From Balanoglossus misakiensis (Eukaryota > Animalia > Hemichordata), in the NCBI GenBank assembly GCA_040954595.2, contig CM082587.2, forward strand, positions 11,289,403 through 11,353,402: a stretch of 64,000 bases of DNA. Reading direction: 5' to 3'. The position numbers and the translations under genes were made by a program. Positions 24,049 through 36,721 of the stretch are shown here, in pieces. Within the stretch, counting starts at the first letter, position 1; every line of letters starts with the position of its first letter. Under the pieces are notes generated by a model. That model was not told where the DNA came from, did no database searches, and saw only the letters and a program-made list of their open reading frames with translations.

Positions 24049-24932
24049 ATTGTCTGTTCGTTTTTTGGTGTGCCAGCATTAGTAATGTCTTGCTGACCTT
24101 TTACTATTGTTCCTTTATGTATTCGTAAGTCCTTTTCACCTCTGTCTCTTCTAGATTTTAATTCATTTCTAAGTTTTCTGTCTTCTTCTCTCTGTTCGTA
24201 GGTAAGATCTGGTGATATGTATACATTCTTGTACATTTCTTCTGTTGACTTGGCTAAATGTTTAGCTTTCTGTAGAACCTGGCGTTTTGTTTTTGTGTCC
24301 TTCAACTTGACTCTTAGCAACCTGGGCCTTTTATCTTCAGATCTTTTGCTTGTAGACAGCCTTTCAACTTCAACAATATTTTCATCTGAGAGACCAAGTT
24401 CAGACATCAGACCGGACACTTGCCTAACATCATCACCCCTTACCAGACTTGCCATGCTGTCATCGGGTTCCGGCATATTTCTTACAATGACGTTTAGCTT
24501 CCGCTTTTCGACCTCAATAGCGTTGTTTACTATCTGTTGCACTTGAGCTTTATCGCAGCTTTTCTCCTTCTGACCTATAAATTCTTCTTTCAACTCTTCC
24601 TCTAATGTGTCTTGACGTAGTTGAAGATTGTTCATGACATTAAATAAGCGAACAGCACCATTATTGCAGGCTTTGCAAAACCAATGAATTGTCATATTTG
24701 TATCGTTTGAGACAAGAACCGTGTACAACTCCTTTGATACTCCTTCACATGCTATATGGAACCAGTTCATACATACTTCACACTGCAGAGCTTCGTCATT
24801 GTCTTTCACCTCCTTTCGACAAGTACCACAAGTATAAGTTTCTTTGTTTGCCTTTGACTTCGTCGACGTCGATGTACTGTTCTTCCTCGCCGCATTCCTC
24901 GTGACCGCGACCGTCACCATCTTGGAAGTCAT
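24045..24932 (-). CDS. LINE ORF1 with PHD finger, coiled coil and RRM-like region
   Basis: CGTC...LQCEVCMNWFHIACEGV...WFCKAC; KRKLNVIVRNMPE, RPRLLRV, VYISPDLT motifs; stop overlaps ORF2 ATG (ATGA). Confidence 0.92.
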   Translation of the reverse strand: MTSKMVTVAVTRNAARKNSTSTSTKSKANKETYTCGTCRKEVKDNDEALQCEVCMNWFHIACEGVSKELYTVLVSNDTNMTIHWFCKACNNGAVRLFNVMNNLQLRQDTLEEELKEEFIGQKEKSCDKAQVQQIVNNAIEVEKRKLNVIVRNMPEPDDSMASLVRGDDVRQVSGLMSELGLSDENIVEVERLSTSKRSEDKRPRLLRVKLKDTKTKRQVLQKAKHLAKSTEEMYKNVYISPDLTYEQREEDRKLRNELKSRRDRGEKDLRIHKGTIVKGQQDITNAGTPKNEQTI

Positions 24933-25812
24933 TGCGCAATGGCCAACAACGTTCACACTTCAAACGGCCAATTTTCTTCACTGTTACTGCCCATATAAAT
25001 GATTTGAGTCAACAACTGTGGTCAGTAGCAACTCATGAGTGATACTAGACCTAGTATCACTACAAAAACACAGTCAACCGGGAAAATTTTCTTCTCCTAT
25101 CGGCTGCGACTTGACAGAAATTCCCTGCGCAGAAGCGCCCTCAAACTTGATCAACTATAAAGTCGTGATGAGTTGTACACATTATCGGTAAACAACAGAA
25201 ATAAGTTATCAAATAAACGGGTGACATTTTGTCTGAAAAATATGCAGTTAGTTACAACTTACATCCATACCACGCGTCACACAAATAGTCAAGTCTGATT
25301 GTGATTGTAATGGCGTTCGGTCGATATCAATATATCGTGGGTGTGACAGGGTTAGATTACAACCGATCATTTCGACGGGTTTTATTACACAGACGCATTG
25401 CTTTTAAACAATTATGCTCTTTCTAAATTAATACCTTTATTGAAATTGCCCAGCATATATAGCTTGATTAAAGTTTGTTTTACAAAGTGTGAAATGCGAC
25501 TGTTTTATTTGAGGCCTAACCACCCTCCACGTATTTACGTGTTCGATTACGGATGTGACGTAAGAGGGCAACCGGAACAAAACGTGCGACGGTCCCTGTT
25601 TACACACAGTGCAAGTTCGACTATTGGCCTGAAGATTTATCTCAAGAGAAACTCTGGGTCTAACGCAATTTTTGCAGCGCGAAGTCTCATTACTCCTGCT
25701 ACGACTGAGTGGCCGTGCTCTGATCGACGTCGGCGAACACGCTAGATAAAGGTAGGTACCGGTAAATTACGCCTGTGAAGCTAGTGGTAGTGAACGTTTA
25801 GCTGGCCGTTCA

Positions 25813-25898
25813 CTAGCTCTGGACTTATGCGCTGTTTGGGTCTACGCTGCTCTCCGTGGAGCAGCGTAGACCCAAACAGCGTACAAGTCCAGAGGTAG
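25813..25898. repeat. Short palindromic hairpin / MITE-like element
   Basis: CTCTGGACTT..GCTGTTTGGGTCTACGCTGCTC-loop-GAGCAGCGTAGACCCAAACAGC..AAGTCCAGAG. Confidence 0.8.
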
Positions 25899-28800
25899 CT
25901 GTTCACGTACATGTACGCCAACGTACTAATATATACCACTCAAACAGAACCGTCCCACCCGTACCCGCAACCACGTGTAAATTCTCTGTGTACAATAATG
26001 TTGTTCACATTTCGACCTTCATGTTGTAAGTTGACTTTTCATAATTTTGTCTCCAGCGGAAATTTAAAGCTCAGATTCGCAACATTGGGTGGCGACGTCT
26101 CTGATTTGCATTCACTCTTTGAATTTTGTCAAATACCAGTTTATTGACACGAACGGCCAGGTGTTGGCGGAAGGCACTTCTGCAGCTGCGTTCTATATGC
26201 AAATGTGACTTTTAACCATTTGACCTAGTACTTGTCGTTTACCTTTTCAAATAGGTGCTAAGTAAATATTACCACTGACATGTTGCACTCCTTGCAAAAA
26301 AACAAACAAAATCAAGACTCCCAACTTTGACTTTTTTCGTCACAATATAGACAGTAAATATACCTTGTGCTGTCAAATATCACAGACTAAACATTTCCAA
26401 AACAGATTTTCTGAAAGAAAGGATATTTTAATCAAAACAGCCAGCTGGATTGGCACCTACATGTAATATCTAGACAGCAACTTGCAGGAGACACCAAACA
26501 CAAACACATCATGACAGAGCAGGAGAGCTGTCTGGAAACCAATGTTTTAAATTCTGGTTAATCTTTATGATTACTTTTAGTGGAAAAGAAACAAATTATT
26601 AAATCATGAATCATATTTGTGTTTTCAAAACAATTATCCTTTTGAATTATCAAAAATGATAAGTGCTTCAAATATTGACTGAAGGAAATTGTTATCAGTC
26701 AGTGTATGAGCACAGAATAAAAATTGTCACTACACAGGCATAAACATGCTGTATTTAAAGCAAAATATCAGACAATTCAGCATGCTAATGAAATGTTGAC
26801 AGCACAGAGAATAAATAATACTAAAAGAAAACAGTATTCATTATAAGTGTGCCTCTTTTTGTCTTAATAATATAGGTTCCATGGATTCATCTTGTTCAAC
26901 ATTTGTTGAGCAGAGTTTTTCATCAATTGCAACAATACCAAGTGAGAAGACCACCAGCACGTTTGTAGAAAGGTCTCTAAATTCTTCTGTAGAATCACTA
27001 GAAGTAGAAGGACAAGATGACTCTCTGACACTTGGCGGTAACAGTGACCTTGGCAATGATGTCCATTATCTCAGTCCACAAGAAGAGGCCATATGCTCTT
27101 CTTTTAATAATTCTTTTGAGAGCATAAATGACGTTGATGGAAACTTGGCAATGGGGATGATATCATTACATCAACGCCTGTAAAGCGACGTCGCTACTCT
27201 GCACCGATGAGGCGGCCAACAGATGTCCTACAAATGGCGTGCTGTGGGGATAGATGTATGGAAACTCTGTCTCTCAATGACATCACAGAGTCTGAACAGA
27301 TTTTCAAGACATCGCTAAATGAAACTGAACTAGGACATTATATCCTGAGACAAATTCGGCAACACTCATATACGCACCATGGGAAAACTGGATCCAAACT
27401 AATTATGAATCTAGTTATTCGTGGAAGATGTGTATGTGAGGTTGCATGGTGCAACGTGCATGACATAACTCACCGCAGATTTACAAAGTATGCAAATCAA
27501 GTAAAACTTGGTGTCACCCACATATCACATGGAAACCGAGGGAAAAAGAGAATGCAGGAGAAGACATCTAGAGCAATATCATGGATGCGTTTTCACTTTG
27601 AAAGGATAGGTGAATTCATGCCACATAAGAACATAGTACGCCTTCCTACATTCATGGAGAAGTATGATCTTTGGGAACTTATGAAGACACACCTGATGGG
27701 AACTACATTCTACTCACATATATCATATGGCTACTTTTGTGATATCTGGAAGAAGCACTTGCCTGAATTTCGTACTGGGAAGGTAAGTTTCCATTCTTTT
27801 CACACTTACAAGCTATAAAAAAGCTTCACAAATTTGTGTATTATTAACATGATTCCTGACATGAAAGTGTCATAGTATTTTTTACATTGAACATCGTATT
27901 CAAGGACTGGAGGTTAGTCAGTCAATAATGAAGTGCAGTGAGAATGACTTCCTTTCTGTATTTATGTGTGTGTTCCAGTAAAATTACAGTTTCCAGCTCT
28001 ATTCCCTCAGGATTTATGAGATAACCAACACACTACAGTAGTTCCCCTAAAAAAGCACTACTACTTACAATAATTGTTTTTAAGTGATTTTTAGTGAGAT
28101 TTTCAACAATGTTGTCTGCACAGATAAAAATAAGTTGAATGTGTTTGTTGCATAATATATCAGTGCCAACAAGTATAAGAATTTAGTAAAGTGAAGTGTG
28201 TGTCTTTATTTTACAGTCGTCCGACTTTGCTGAATGTGATGACTGTGCCCAGATTAGAAATGCAATATCCTCGGCCTCCACGGATGTTGAACGGGAAAAT
28301 CTGCTCAAAGTTCGTGAAATTCATGAAACAAGGGTTGAGTAAGTTGCATCATTATATGTCTCTTTTTGTACAGTTGCTGTATTTTGTATGATTTTTTTCT
28401 GAATCAGGTATCATAGAATGGGCACAATGCCTACAATTCATGTTTTTTTTTAGACAGAGTAACGTTTTACGGTAAATTTCGAAACCCATAGATTGTACTT
28501 CATCACTGAGACAAGAAAACTTAAAGTGATTTTAAACTTTTTTTTCCTATCAAAGTTGGCAAGTTTTAGCAAAATGTGCAAAGTAGAACACACTGTGACA
28601 ATATTTATAGCGCACATACTAGTATTATACAGTTTCTAATATAATATGTATGAATTATTATATTAATATAGATAATATTATTACTTTCCTTTTCAGAACA
28701 GAAAGGGCAGTTTATCACAATGCCCGAGAAAAAGCAGTGCGGCAACCTGATGATCTATTGGGTATCATTATTGATGGGATGGACCAAAAAAGACATATTT

Positions 28801-29092
28801 TCCAAGGCTGGTACGAGAGAAAAAGCACACTGAAAACCTTGGGAAAGTGCCAATGCATGCAACAGGTATTCCATTTTAATATAAGCCACACTAATACAAT
28901 GGTCTTTATGTAACTCACTTGACATCTGTCTATCCAGACAATTAGTAAATAGGTGAGAATGGTCCAGATGATAAATGTCCAGGAACCACAATCTGACACC
29001 AATCCAGTAGCAGATGAAGTAATTACATGTATGGGTGGACAGACCACAGGTGATCGTGGACTTGTGCTGTCACAGGGGAGTTCTGTTTTAGA

Positions 29093-29172
29093 TGCTACCA
29101 GAGCGAATGGGGGGATCTGCTAGGAGCGACTTCCGACGCTCCTAGCAGATCCCCCAATTCGGTCTTGTAGCA
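29093..29172. repeat. Intronic palindromic hairpin / MITE-like element
   Basis: GGGGGATCTGCTAGGAGCG-loop-CGCTCCTAGCAGATCCCCC with TGCTAC...GTAGCA outer arms. Confidence 0.8.
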
Positions 29173-30603
29173 ATTGCGTAAGGTGAGAATTGATCATACC
29201 ATAAATTTCAGTATAATATTTAAAACATTGATTGAAAAATGTGATTTTTTCGCAGGAAGTCTAATCCATACTAATGTTCCTGAAGGAAAGCTTGCTGTTA
29301 TGCGGCTGGATGTTCACAATTTTCCTCATGATTCCAACATGACAATAAACAACATTATGTGGAATTTGGTGGACAACATTGACAGACTTTCACGGCAGCT
29401 TCACCTCCAGCTGGACAACTGCTACAGAGAAAATAAGAACAGATATCTCCTTTCTTTTGCATCTCTGTTGGTAGACTATGATGTCTTTGAAGAGGTATGA
29501 TGATTTAACTCATTCTTTTTTATATTTCAACTCGTCACATCCTATTAGTCATGGTACTATATACACACCTGCAGCCCACAGGATCATATGTCGCCTGGCA
29601 TGTGTATATGTATATGTATAATGATTAGCTAAACATTGAAAGAATCCCACCTTGTTTCAACTTTGATGGGTGGATTCATTACTGCTTGAAAATTTGTTTC
29701 CTCTGAAAGAGCACTGATGTATCATAACTTGCAATATATTTGCCATAGATTCAGAAATGGCACTTACATAGATTTTATGCATTTTTGAAGTGTTTTCTTG
29801 ATATTGAACAAATAGTTCTCTCAGAATCATTTGGATACTAAACAATGGAGTACAGTATCATTATCGCAGCTTTAATATGTTGAAACAAGGAGAAACAGTA
29901 TTTATTGCTACATTCTTGCAGTAAAAGTCCCCTTTCATGACCCCAGAATGACCTATGTAGATTACTTCTGGGTGCTGACATTGGGGTGGTTGTCTGCCAT
30001 CTTGACTAAGGCCATGAAAGTGGCCTATTATTGTAGTTGAAAAATTGGTCACTACTTTGTCAATATCCAGTATCTCACATGAAGATTGAAACAGTATTTT
30101 CTGTCACTTTCAGGTTGTGCTGAACTTTCTGCCAGTAGGACATACCCATGAGGGTAAGTTCTTTACACATCTTGGTCACTGCAGATCCTACTGTGTAGTT
30201 TAATTGATGTTTGTAGATGCAAAAGACAATTATCTGACATGAAAAATATATTCCAACTGCCTCAAGATGGGGGCAATAAATTGTATGACAAAATATTTTT
30301 ATTGTCAGTTTAAAATGTTCATACTAGGAATCAAATTATGTTCTCATAAACAGTAAACTTGTATTACAAAGGAAAGAAATCAGGCCTTTTAATTAATATA
30401 ATGAATTTTTGAAGACTTTTTTGTCTAAGTTTAACAAAAAATTCACACTTCAAGGTCTACTCTGTTAATATTTTGTACACTTATCACTTATCTTAATGTA
30501 CCCTTTTTGCATTGTAGATATTGACCAGATGTTCAGCAGAGTGTCCACAGCTCTGAAGAGAACAAATTCTTTCACTTTACAAGGTATTGAATTTAGGATT
30601 ATT

Positions 30604-30757
30604 TTTAGCAAAAAATCATTCTTAGTCACCTGGCGGGTATACACTCGATTTGGGTACAATTCGCTCCATATAGCACTCGCCTGACGTCTCGTGCGATATG
30701 TCTTGAATTGTACCCAAATCTCGCATATACCCGCCTGCGGCGGGGGTTATTGCTTAA
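30604..30757. mobile_element. Intronic hairpin MITE ending in TTATTGCTTAA
   Basis: GGCGGGTATA..GATTTGGGTACAATTC / GAATTGTACCCAAATC..TATACCCGCC arms around GCACTCGCC..CTCGTGC; imperfect terminal repeats. Confidence 0.6.
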
Positions 30758-30769
30758 CTAAGTAATTAA

Positions 30770-30923
30770 AGCCTCCAGCTGTATAGCTGCCAAATGGCGC
30801 TTTTTTTCATGATTTTTCTTCCAAACTTGCATTAATTCATATCAATAAGCTTACCGTATATGTATATATGAACGTCTTACCAAAATTTGATGCAAAAATG
30901 CAACTCTGACAGATATAGGGGCT
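30770..30923. mobile_element. Kolobok-like MITE (TTAA target duplication, AG...CT termini)
   Basis: TTAA|AGCCTCC...GGGGCT|TTAA with imperfect short TIRs. Confidence 0.5.
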
Positions 30924-33900
30924 TTAAACTATTTATTTTTTGGAGTGGAACTGCATATCCCAATTAACATGTTTTATAGATCTACAAATTTATTAGTTTT
31001 CATATCAATCTTAGAAAAGGCATTGTGAGTTACTGAAATGCATTCATTATATATCCAAAGTGTATGTACAGTCAGTAATATTAATATAGTGGACTGTTAT
31101 TTTGTGACTTTATCCTTTCAGAATTAATGCACAATGTGCATGAAAGTTACACTCCAGCAATTAAGGTACAGGAAGTAAAGTACATGTTCAATGTGAAAGA
31201 GTGGCTTCAACCTTATATGGCAGGCAGGTTTGGAGGGCATTCTAGGCCGCACAATTTTCGATTTCGAAAGGTCAATGGAAGAGCCAGAATGCACTACCGA
31301 TTATGGTCGACAGATGCATGGCAACCAACGTATGAAGGTGATGGTGAACCTGCACAAGGACTTGTATGCCTTGAGGTAAGTTGTTTCACATTAAAATGGA
31401 TTTCAACATAGTGCCATCAATGGCATTATGCTAACTTATTTTAAATTGCAAAGTTTAGTTTGAATTATAAATAATACTATTAGAGATAGTATTAGTTTCC
31501 ACATGTGTCCAAAGTGCACAACTTTCAGTAGTTTGCCTTCTAAAATAAGAATCGCATGCCAAACTAGGCCTGCACAAACGTTGTAGGTAGTAATTCCCCA
31601 AATGTGGAAATCTGCTGGTTAGGGCATGGTTAGGACATTATAAGCGAAGGTGTGAACGTCTTAGTCAACACACTGACTGAAAATGTATAGAAAGATGTTG
31701 GTTGTTTATAAGCGGGCAAATGTCAACCACACTTTGTCATTGTTATGTTAATCACTGTCTACCAACAGAGTTTGTGCAGAGGGTTTCCCTCATGCTTATT
31801 CACATATCATGGATTAAGTTAGTGTATTTGAAATCATAGCCACATGGCTTCTATAACAAATATCATAATGAAGCTTTTTTCACAGTAGCCTGCAAGCCAA
31901 TTCAGGGGCATGGTCTATTGATACTTAAACCTTATGTGACCTAGTTATATTGAAGGTGCCAATGTTGCTAGCACTGTGTATGCTATGGGTTGATGAAGGC
32001 ACGGTTACAATTACAGATCACAGCAAGTCTTGATGCTACTGTTCTTCAAATTCTCTATTTCCACAGACTGTGCCAGATGTCAATGATGTTCCGGAAATGG
32101 TTGAACCCTCACTCCTGAAACTTGATCTACAGAAATTAACCCATGATATACCAAACAAATATGTTGACTACATGCCACAGCAAACTGTTGAACATTTACG
32201 AGAATTCATGGGTAACATTGCACAGTATGGACAGGTGAGATGGACTTACAACTATGTCATTATCTACTTATTTTTGTCATTAAGCCAATATTTTGAATAC
32301 TGGGAGCAGAAGTGGATCACTTTGACTGGTTCAATCAGTCCACACTGTGTTCAATAGTATATAATTGGTATTCATGGGTCTGTGAAGTAAAATATATCAA
32401 AATTACTCCCGTGTTCAATCTTCATGCTCTTGATGCTTTTTTTGGATCGGTCTCTTTCTAACTCATAAACTTATATTCAGGTTATATTTTGCATTGCACC
32501 ACAATGCTGTAAACCTTACAAACCCATGGTCTGGCTTTAATTACTTGAACCCAGTAAAAGGTTTTAAAGTGACAATCTGAAGAAAATGTGTGAATTATGT
32601 AAAATTGTATAAGAAGGCAGAAGTGCAGAAGTAGTAATTTCTTGAACAGTGAACACAATGCTCTCAAAACATAACAGATTACAGTTTTGGATGTTTTTAT
32701 GTTTTTTGATGATTAATCTAAATTATAGATTTTTTGATGATTGTCCTTCACAATAATTTGTAAGTTAAAATACTCATCACTCGTTATTGTTTGGATATTG
32801 TACAGGTGACTGAACAAGCTGATGAGTGGCCTATGCAACAATTAGTTGAAGCTGCAAGGAGACAATGGAGTGCAAGAGTTACAACTGCTGGTGATATTCC
32901 TGAGAATGTTCAAAGAATTCAGGACTGGATGGAATCTGTGTGTCCTCCTGTAAGTCTGACCACCAAAATTCCCAACTGTTCTCAATTAGTTTTTGCCTAC
33001 ATGTACATGTAATTACACTCCCAGGGACTAATGTTACCATCTAAGAAGGAAACTTGGGAGAAAAACATGGGTCTCTGATCGTTTTCAGTGGATTGTGTTA
33101 TTGTACAACATTTGCCTAGATTTCAACTGAGAACAAGTACCATCTTTATCTTTATTTGCAAATCATTCACAAATCCTAAGTATAAGAAGAACCTGCACTT
33201 TGGGATAGAAACCAATATTTTAGATACATGTATGTTGAAACAAATCTTTGACTCAAAATTATACTGGTACAATGATCTGCTGCTACACCTGGGGGGGGGG
33301 GGTCACCTGGGATTGGTGTGCCATAATTATACATGTATGCTACACCAATTAGCAAACATTAATTAATATTGGTGTGCAATTAATTGGAAGTATATGTTGG
33401 CGTGGCCATAAAATCAAGAGTCAACTACATTCTTTCACCCATTCGGTGCAGTGATTGCATTGTGGTTTTCTTTCAAAAATGTCTTATGCCAATGATAAGG
33501 GCCTTTTGACATCACTGGTAACAAACTGAAAGTGAATCACTGGTCTCATTCCAACTGTAAATTAAGTCCCAGATTAAGACAAGTAACTTGACACATTTTG
33601 ATTTCCCCAGGTAATTATCGGCAATCAAGGGAACAGAGCTGCTGAAGCTGAGATTGTAGAGGACTACTCAACACTAGATGTGGGAATGTTTGTGGCTGTT
33701 TTTTGCCCAGCATCAGAGGAGGTACCGCATATCGGTAAGGTTGTTGACAGAGATGAGACATCCTTTACTATCCACTGGCATAATGGGACTTGGAACTCTG
33801 CTTGGAAACCCAGCTATATAAGTAAAGGAAGACGCAAAGTTCCCTGGGAAGACAAGCAGGATATGGCAGCAGCAATCCTCTGGGACTTCAAATTAACAGA

Positions 33901-34678
33901 GAAGAAAACACTAACGAAACAGACAAGAAGTATCTTGCAAAAAAAATACCAGAGACTACAGTCACAAACATAGTATTTGACAGGGTACCAGGTCGAAGGG
34001 AAGACACTTCATTAGGCTGCTGCTCAAAGTTAAACTTTTGGACATAATGTTGATTGCTTACAATTTCCTGAGGTTCTGACATTCAGGCATTACACTGCTG
34101 CATTTTATTTATATACTTAATGATTGATTCATTTACAACATTGTGTTTGACACCTTTCTTTGATCAAATTTCAGTGCGTATGTGTGCCGCATGGACCGTT
34201 GATAAGCTTAGTACATTGCTTAGTTACATGCCATTGAGTACATGCGAAACTTGTCATTTTCCTTGATATACAGCTTGTCAGTACACTGTATCAGCAGGGT
34301 CTGCAGTTTTTGAAGGAAAAGAAATAAAACGAAAGTACATAGACAAGCACAAGTGTTGGGTTTCACACTTTTATGTGCCAAGATAATGTCACTGTTGTCA
34401 GATTCTTCAGCGCGCATGCCGCCTGACTAAAGGACGCAAAATGGCTGATGTGTAGAAGAAGGAAAAACCTCTGACATTTACAATCCAACTTAATTCCCTT
34501 AATTCTGCATAATTATTGTTGGAAATTGAATGAAAGTCTGTACTAAAACTCATTTGCCAGCAATAACAGCGGTCATTACAATCCTTCCAATTTGAAGTTG
34601 ACTTTGTAATTCAGCATACACACAAGTTGAACAGGAGAAAATTAATGTACATTGTCATATTTTAATGCCATCAATCCA

Positions 34679-34830
34679 TGGCAAAGAAATAGCACCCCTC
34701 GCAAACTTCAGGGCAGAGAATTAGTACCCCCACAAATTTCAGGGCAGAGAATTAGTACCCTTGCAAATTTCAGGGCAGAGAATTAGTACCCCCACAACTT
34801 TCAGGGCAGAGAATAAGTACCCCCACAAAT
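34679..34830. repeat. 31-bp minisatellite (~4.5 copies) sharing the core of the 5881-7928 array, same orientation
   Basis: AGGGCAGAGAATWAGTACCC at 34710, 34741, 34772, 34803. Confidence 0.95.
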
Positions 34831-36118
34831 TTTTCGACAAAAAGTCGAAAATGGTAATTTTGTCTTGGGTGATTCAAATTATACCGCCTTTTCTGGAATT
34901 TGCAGCACTTTTTACAAAAGAACGACACTTCATGCTCCATAATATTTTCGAAAATGAAGAAAAGAGTTAATTTTTTATAATTTTTTTTTAAAATTTACCA
35001 TTTTTTGTCAAAATATGGCCAAAATGGCTATTTTTTCTTGAATTCTGTCAATATCTCTGCATTTTTGGAGTGGTCGAAAGTTTTAACATACAATCAACAT
35101 GTCATATATGATCAGGGCACCAAATTCGAAGAACAAAGGTTTTTTTAGCCAACGTCTTTGTACTAGAGTGTCGGGTCTTTTGCAGAGCCAGGCCGAAGGA
35201 AATCCGACTTGATCACCGTTGCTAACGAACGCTAGTGTCTGTCATGTTGTGCCGGGGTTTTAGTCGAGCCAAGCCGTAGGAGATCTGACTTGATAATCGT
35301 GGTCAATGTACGCGTGTTTCCGCTCTAAAGTGCCGGGGCTTCAGCTAAACCAGGCCGTAGGAAATCCGACGTAATCACCGTTGATAACTTACGCCAGTCT
35401 GTGTCCTATATATAGTGCCGGGGCATCAGCCGTGCCAGGCCGAAGGAAATGTGAGTAGATCAACGTGGTCTCTGTACGCGTGTTTCTGCTCTAGAGTGCC
35501 AGGGCTTTAGCCAAGCCATGCCGTAGGAAATCTCACTTGATCAACGTTGCTAACGAACGCTAGTGACTGTCGTAGTGTGCCGGGGTTTTAGTCGAGCCAA
35601 GCCGTTGGAGATCAGACTTGATCAACGTGGTCTCTGTACGCGTGTTTCTGCTCTAGAGTGCCGGGGCTTTAGCCAAGCCATGCCGTAGGAAATCTGACTT
35701 GATCAACGTTGCTAACGAACGCTAGTGACTGTCATAGTGTGCCGGGGTTTTAGTCGAGTCACGCCGTAGGAAATCTGACTTGATCAACGTGGTCAATGTA
35801 CGCCTGTTTCTACTGTAGAGTGCCGGGGCTTTATCCAAGCCATGCCGTAGAAAATCTGACTTGATCACCGTTGCTAACGTACGCTAGTGTCTGTCATATT
35901 GTGACGGAGATTTAGTCGAGCCAGGCCGTAGGAGATCTGACTTGATCAACGTTGCTAACGAACGCTAGTGACTGTCATAGTGTGCCGGGGTTTTAGTCGA
36001 GTCACGCCGTAGGAAATCTGACTTGATCAACGTGGTCAATGTACGCCTTTTTCTACTCTAGAGTGCCGGGGCTTCAGCTGAGCCAGGCCGTAGGAAACCC
36101 GACGTGATTACCGTTGTT
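34830..36118. repeat. Satellite segment (deletion-variant unit with reshuffled 81-bp monomers)
   Basis: Same sequence and same deletion junction GAACAAAGGTTTTTTTAGCCAACG (~35146) as in 1-5547. Confidence 0.96.
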
Positions 36119-36640
36119 GTTCTGTACTGTTGCTGTTAATAAAATGTTATGACAATCCCTCATTGTACTACATGTAATACTTAACGGTAAGTACAATATC
36201 ATGCACATCCCTTGCTTTTTAGTAAAATGCCATGCCTTCCCCTAGTTCTGTACTATAACTGTTAGTCAAATGTCATGTCCAACACTCAATTTGTACTATA
36301 AGTTACCAATAATAAAAATGTCATGCCCTCCCTGCTTCTCTATAGTTGTTAATAAACTGTTACTCCCACCCCAAGGGTTGTACTGGTACTTGAACTGTTA
36401 GTAAAATACCATGCCCATGTTCCTAGTTATGAACTGAAACGTTTAGGCTAATCAACTGTAATGCTCATGTACTCGGTTTAGTTAAACGTCTGCCAATGTC
36501 TTGCGTAGTTCTACAACTCATAATAAAATGCCATGCCCTCCCCTAGTTCCGTACTGTAGGGGTCAATAAAACGCATTATCTGGCCACCCCTAGCTCTTAA
36601 GTTGATCGTATGCCATGCCGAAACCTAGTTCTGTATTGTG
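36119..36640. repeat. Degenerate ~55-60-bp tandem repeat
   Basis: Recurrent TAAAATGYCATGCCYTCCCYAGTTCTGTACT-like motif, about 9 decayed copies. Confidence 0.65.
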
Positions 36641-36721
36641 ACTTAGAGCTTAGATGGTCCTATAAAGCTTATTAAACTTGTGCACACTTCAAATAGGCCG
36701 AAAATGTCATGTGTACGTAAA

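Larger units (their letters stand above)
21112..25100 (-). mobile_element. CR1/L2-group LINE, essentially full length (5' boundary approximate)
   Basis: PHD-finger ORF1, APE-RT ORF2, 3' hairpin GCCATGATTTAAATCATGGC and short (AAATCAAGAT)n tail at 21112-21157; no TSD identified. Confidence 0.93.
26510..33973 (+). pseudogene. 12-exon DDE/DDD transposase-like gene (DUF7869 / Sola1-like) with C-terminal Tudor/SH3-like domain; two frameshifts
   Basis: Exons 26510-26556(tentative), 26876-27782, 28217-28338, 28697-28865, 29256-29494, 30114-30153, 30518-30583, 31122-31375, 32067-32234, 32806-32949, 33611-33973 (possible non-coding first exon ending 25751). Motifs CCxxxC, VCEVAW, FAECDDC, IIIDGMDQ, LHLQLDNCYRENKN, FLPVGHTHE|DIDQMFS, PHNFRF. 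Frameshifts near 27140 and 28785-28790. Confidence 0.85.
5548..34829. mobile_element. Putative large DNA transposon / composite insertion carrying a ParB-MTase-like gene and a DDE transposase gene, bounded by related minisatellites
   Basis: Satellite stops at TGTCAGG|5547 and resumes at ~34830 about 135 bp further along the unit; both ends carry AGGGCAGAGAATWAGTACCCC repeats; two divergent spliced genes inside. No TIR or TSD seen, so true termini are uncertain. Confidence 0.6.

Noticed and set aside
8780-33973. Bacterial or phage contamination explaining ParB/MTase-like sequence
   Set aside because: Genes have canonical spliceosomal introns and nested metazoan retrotransposons.
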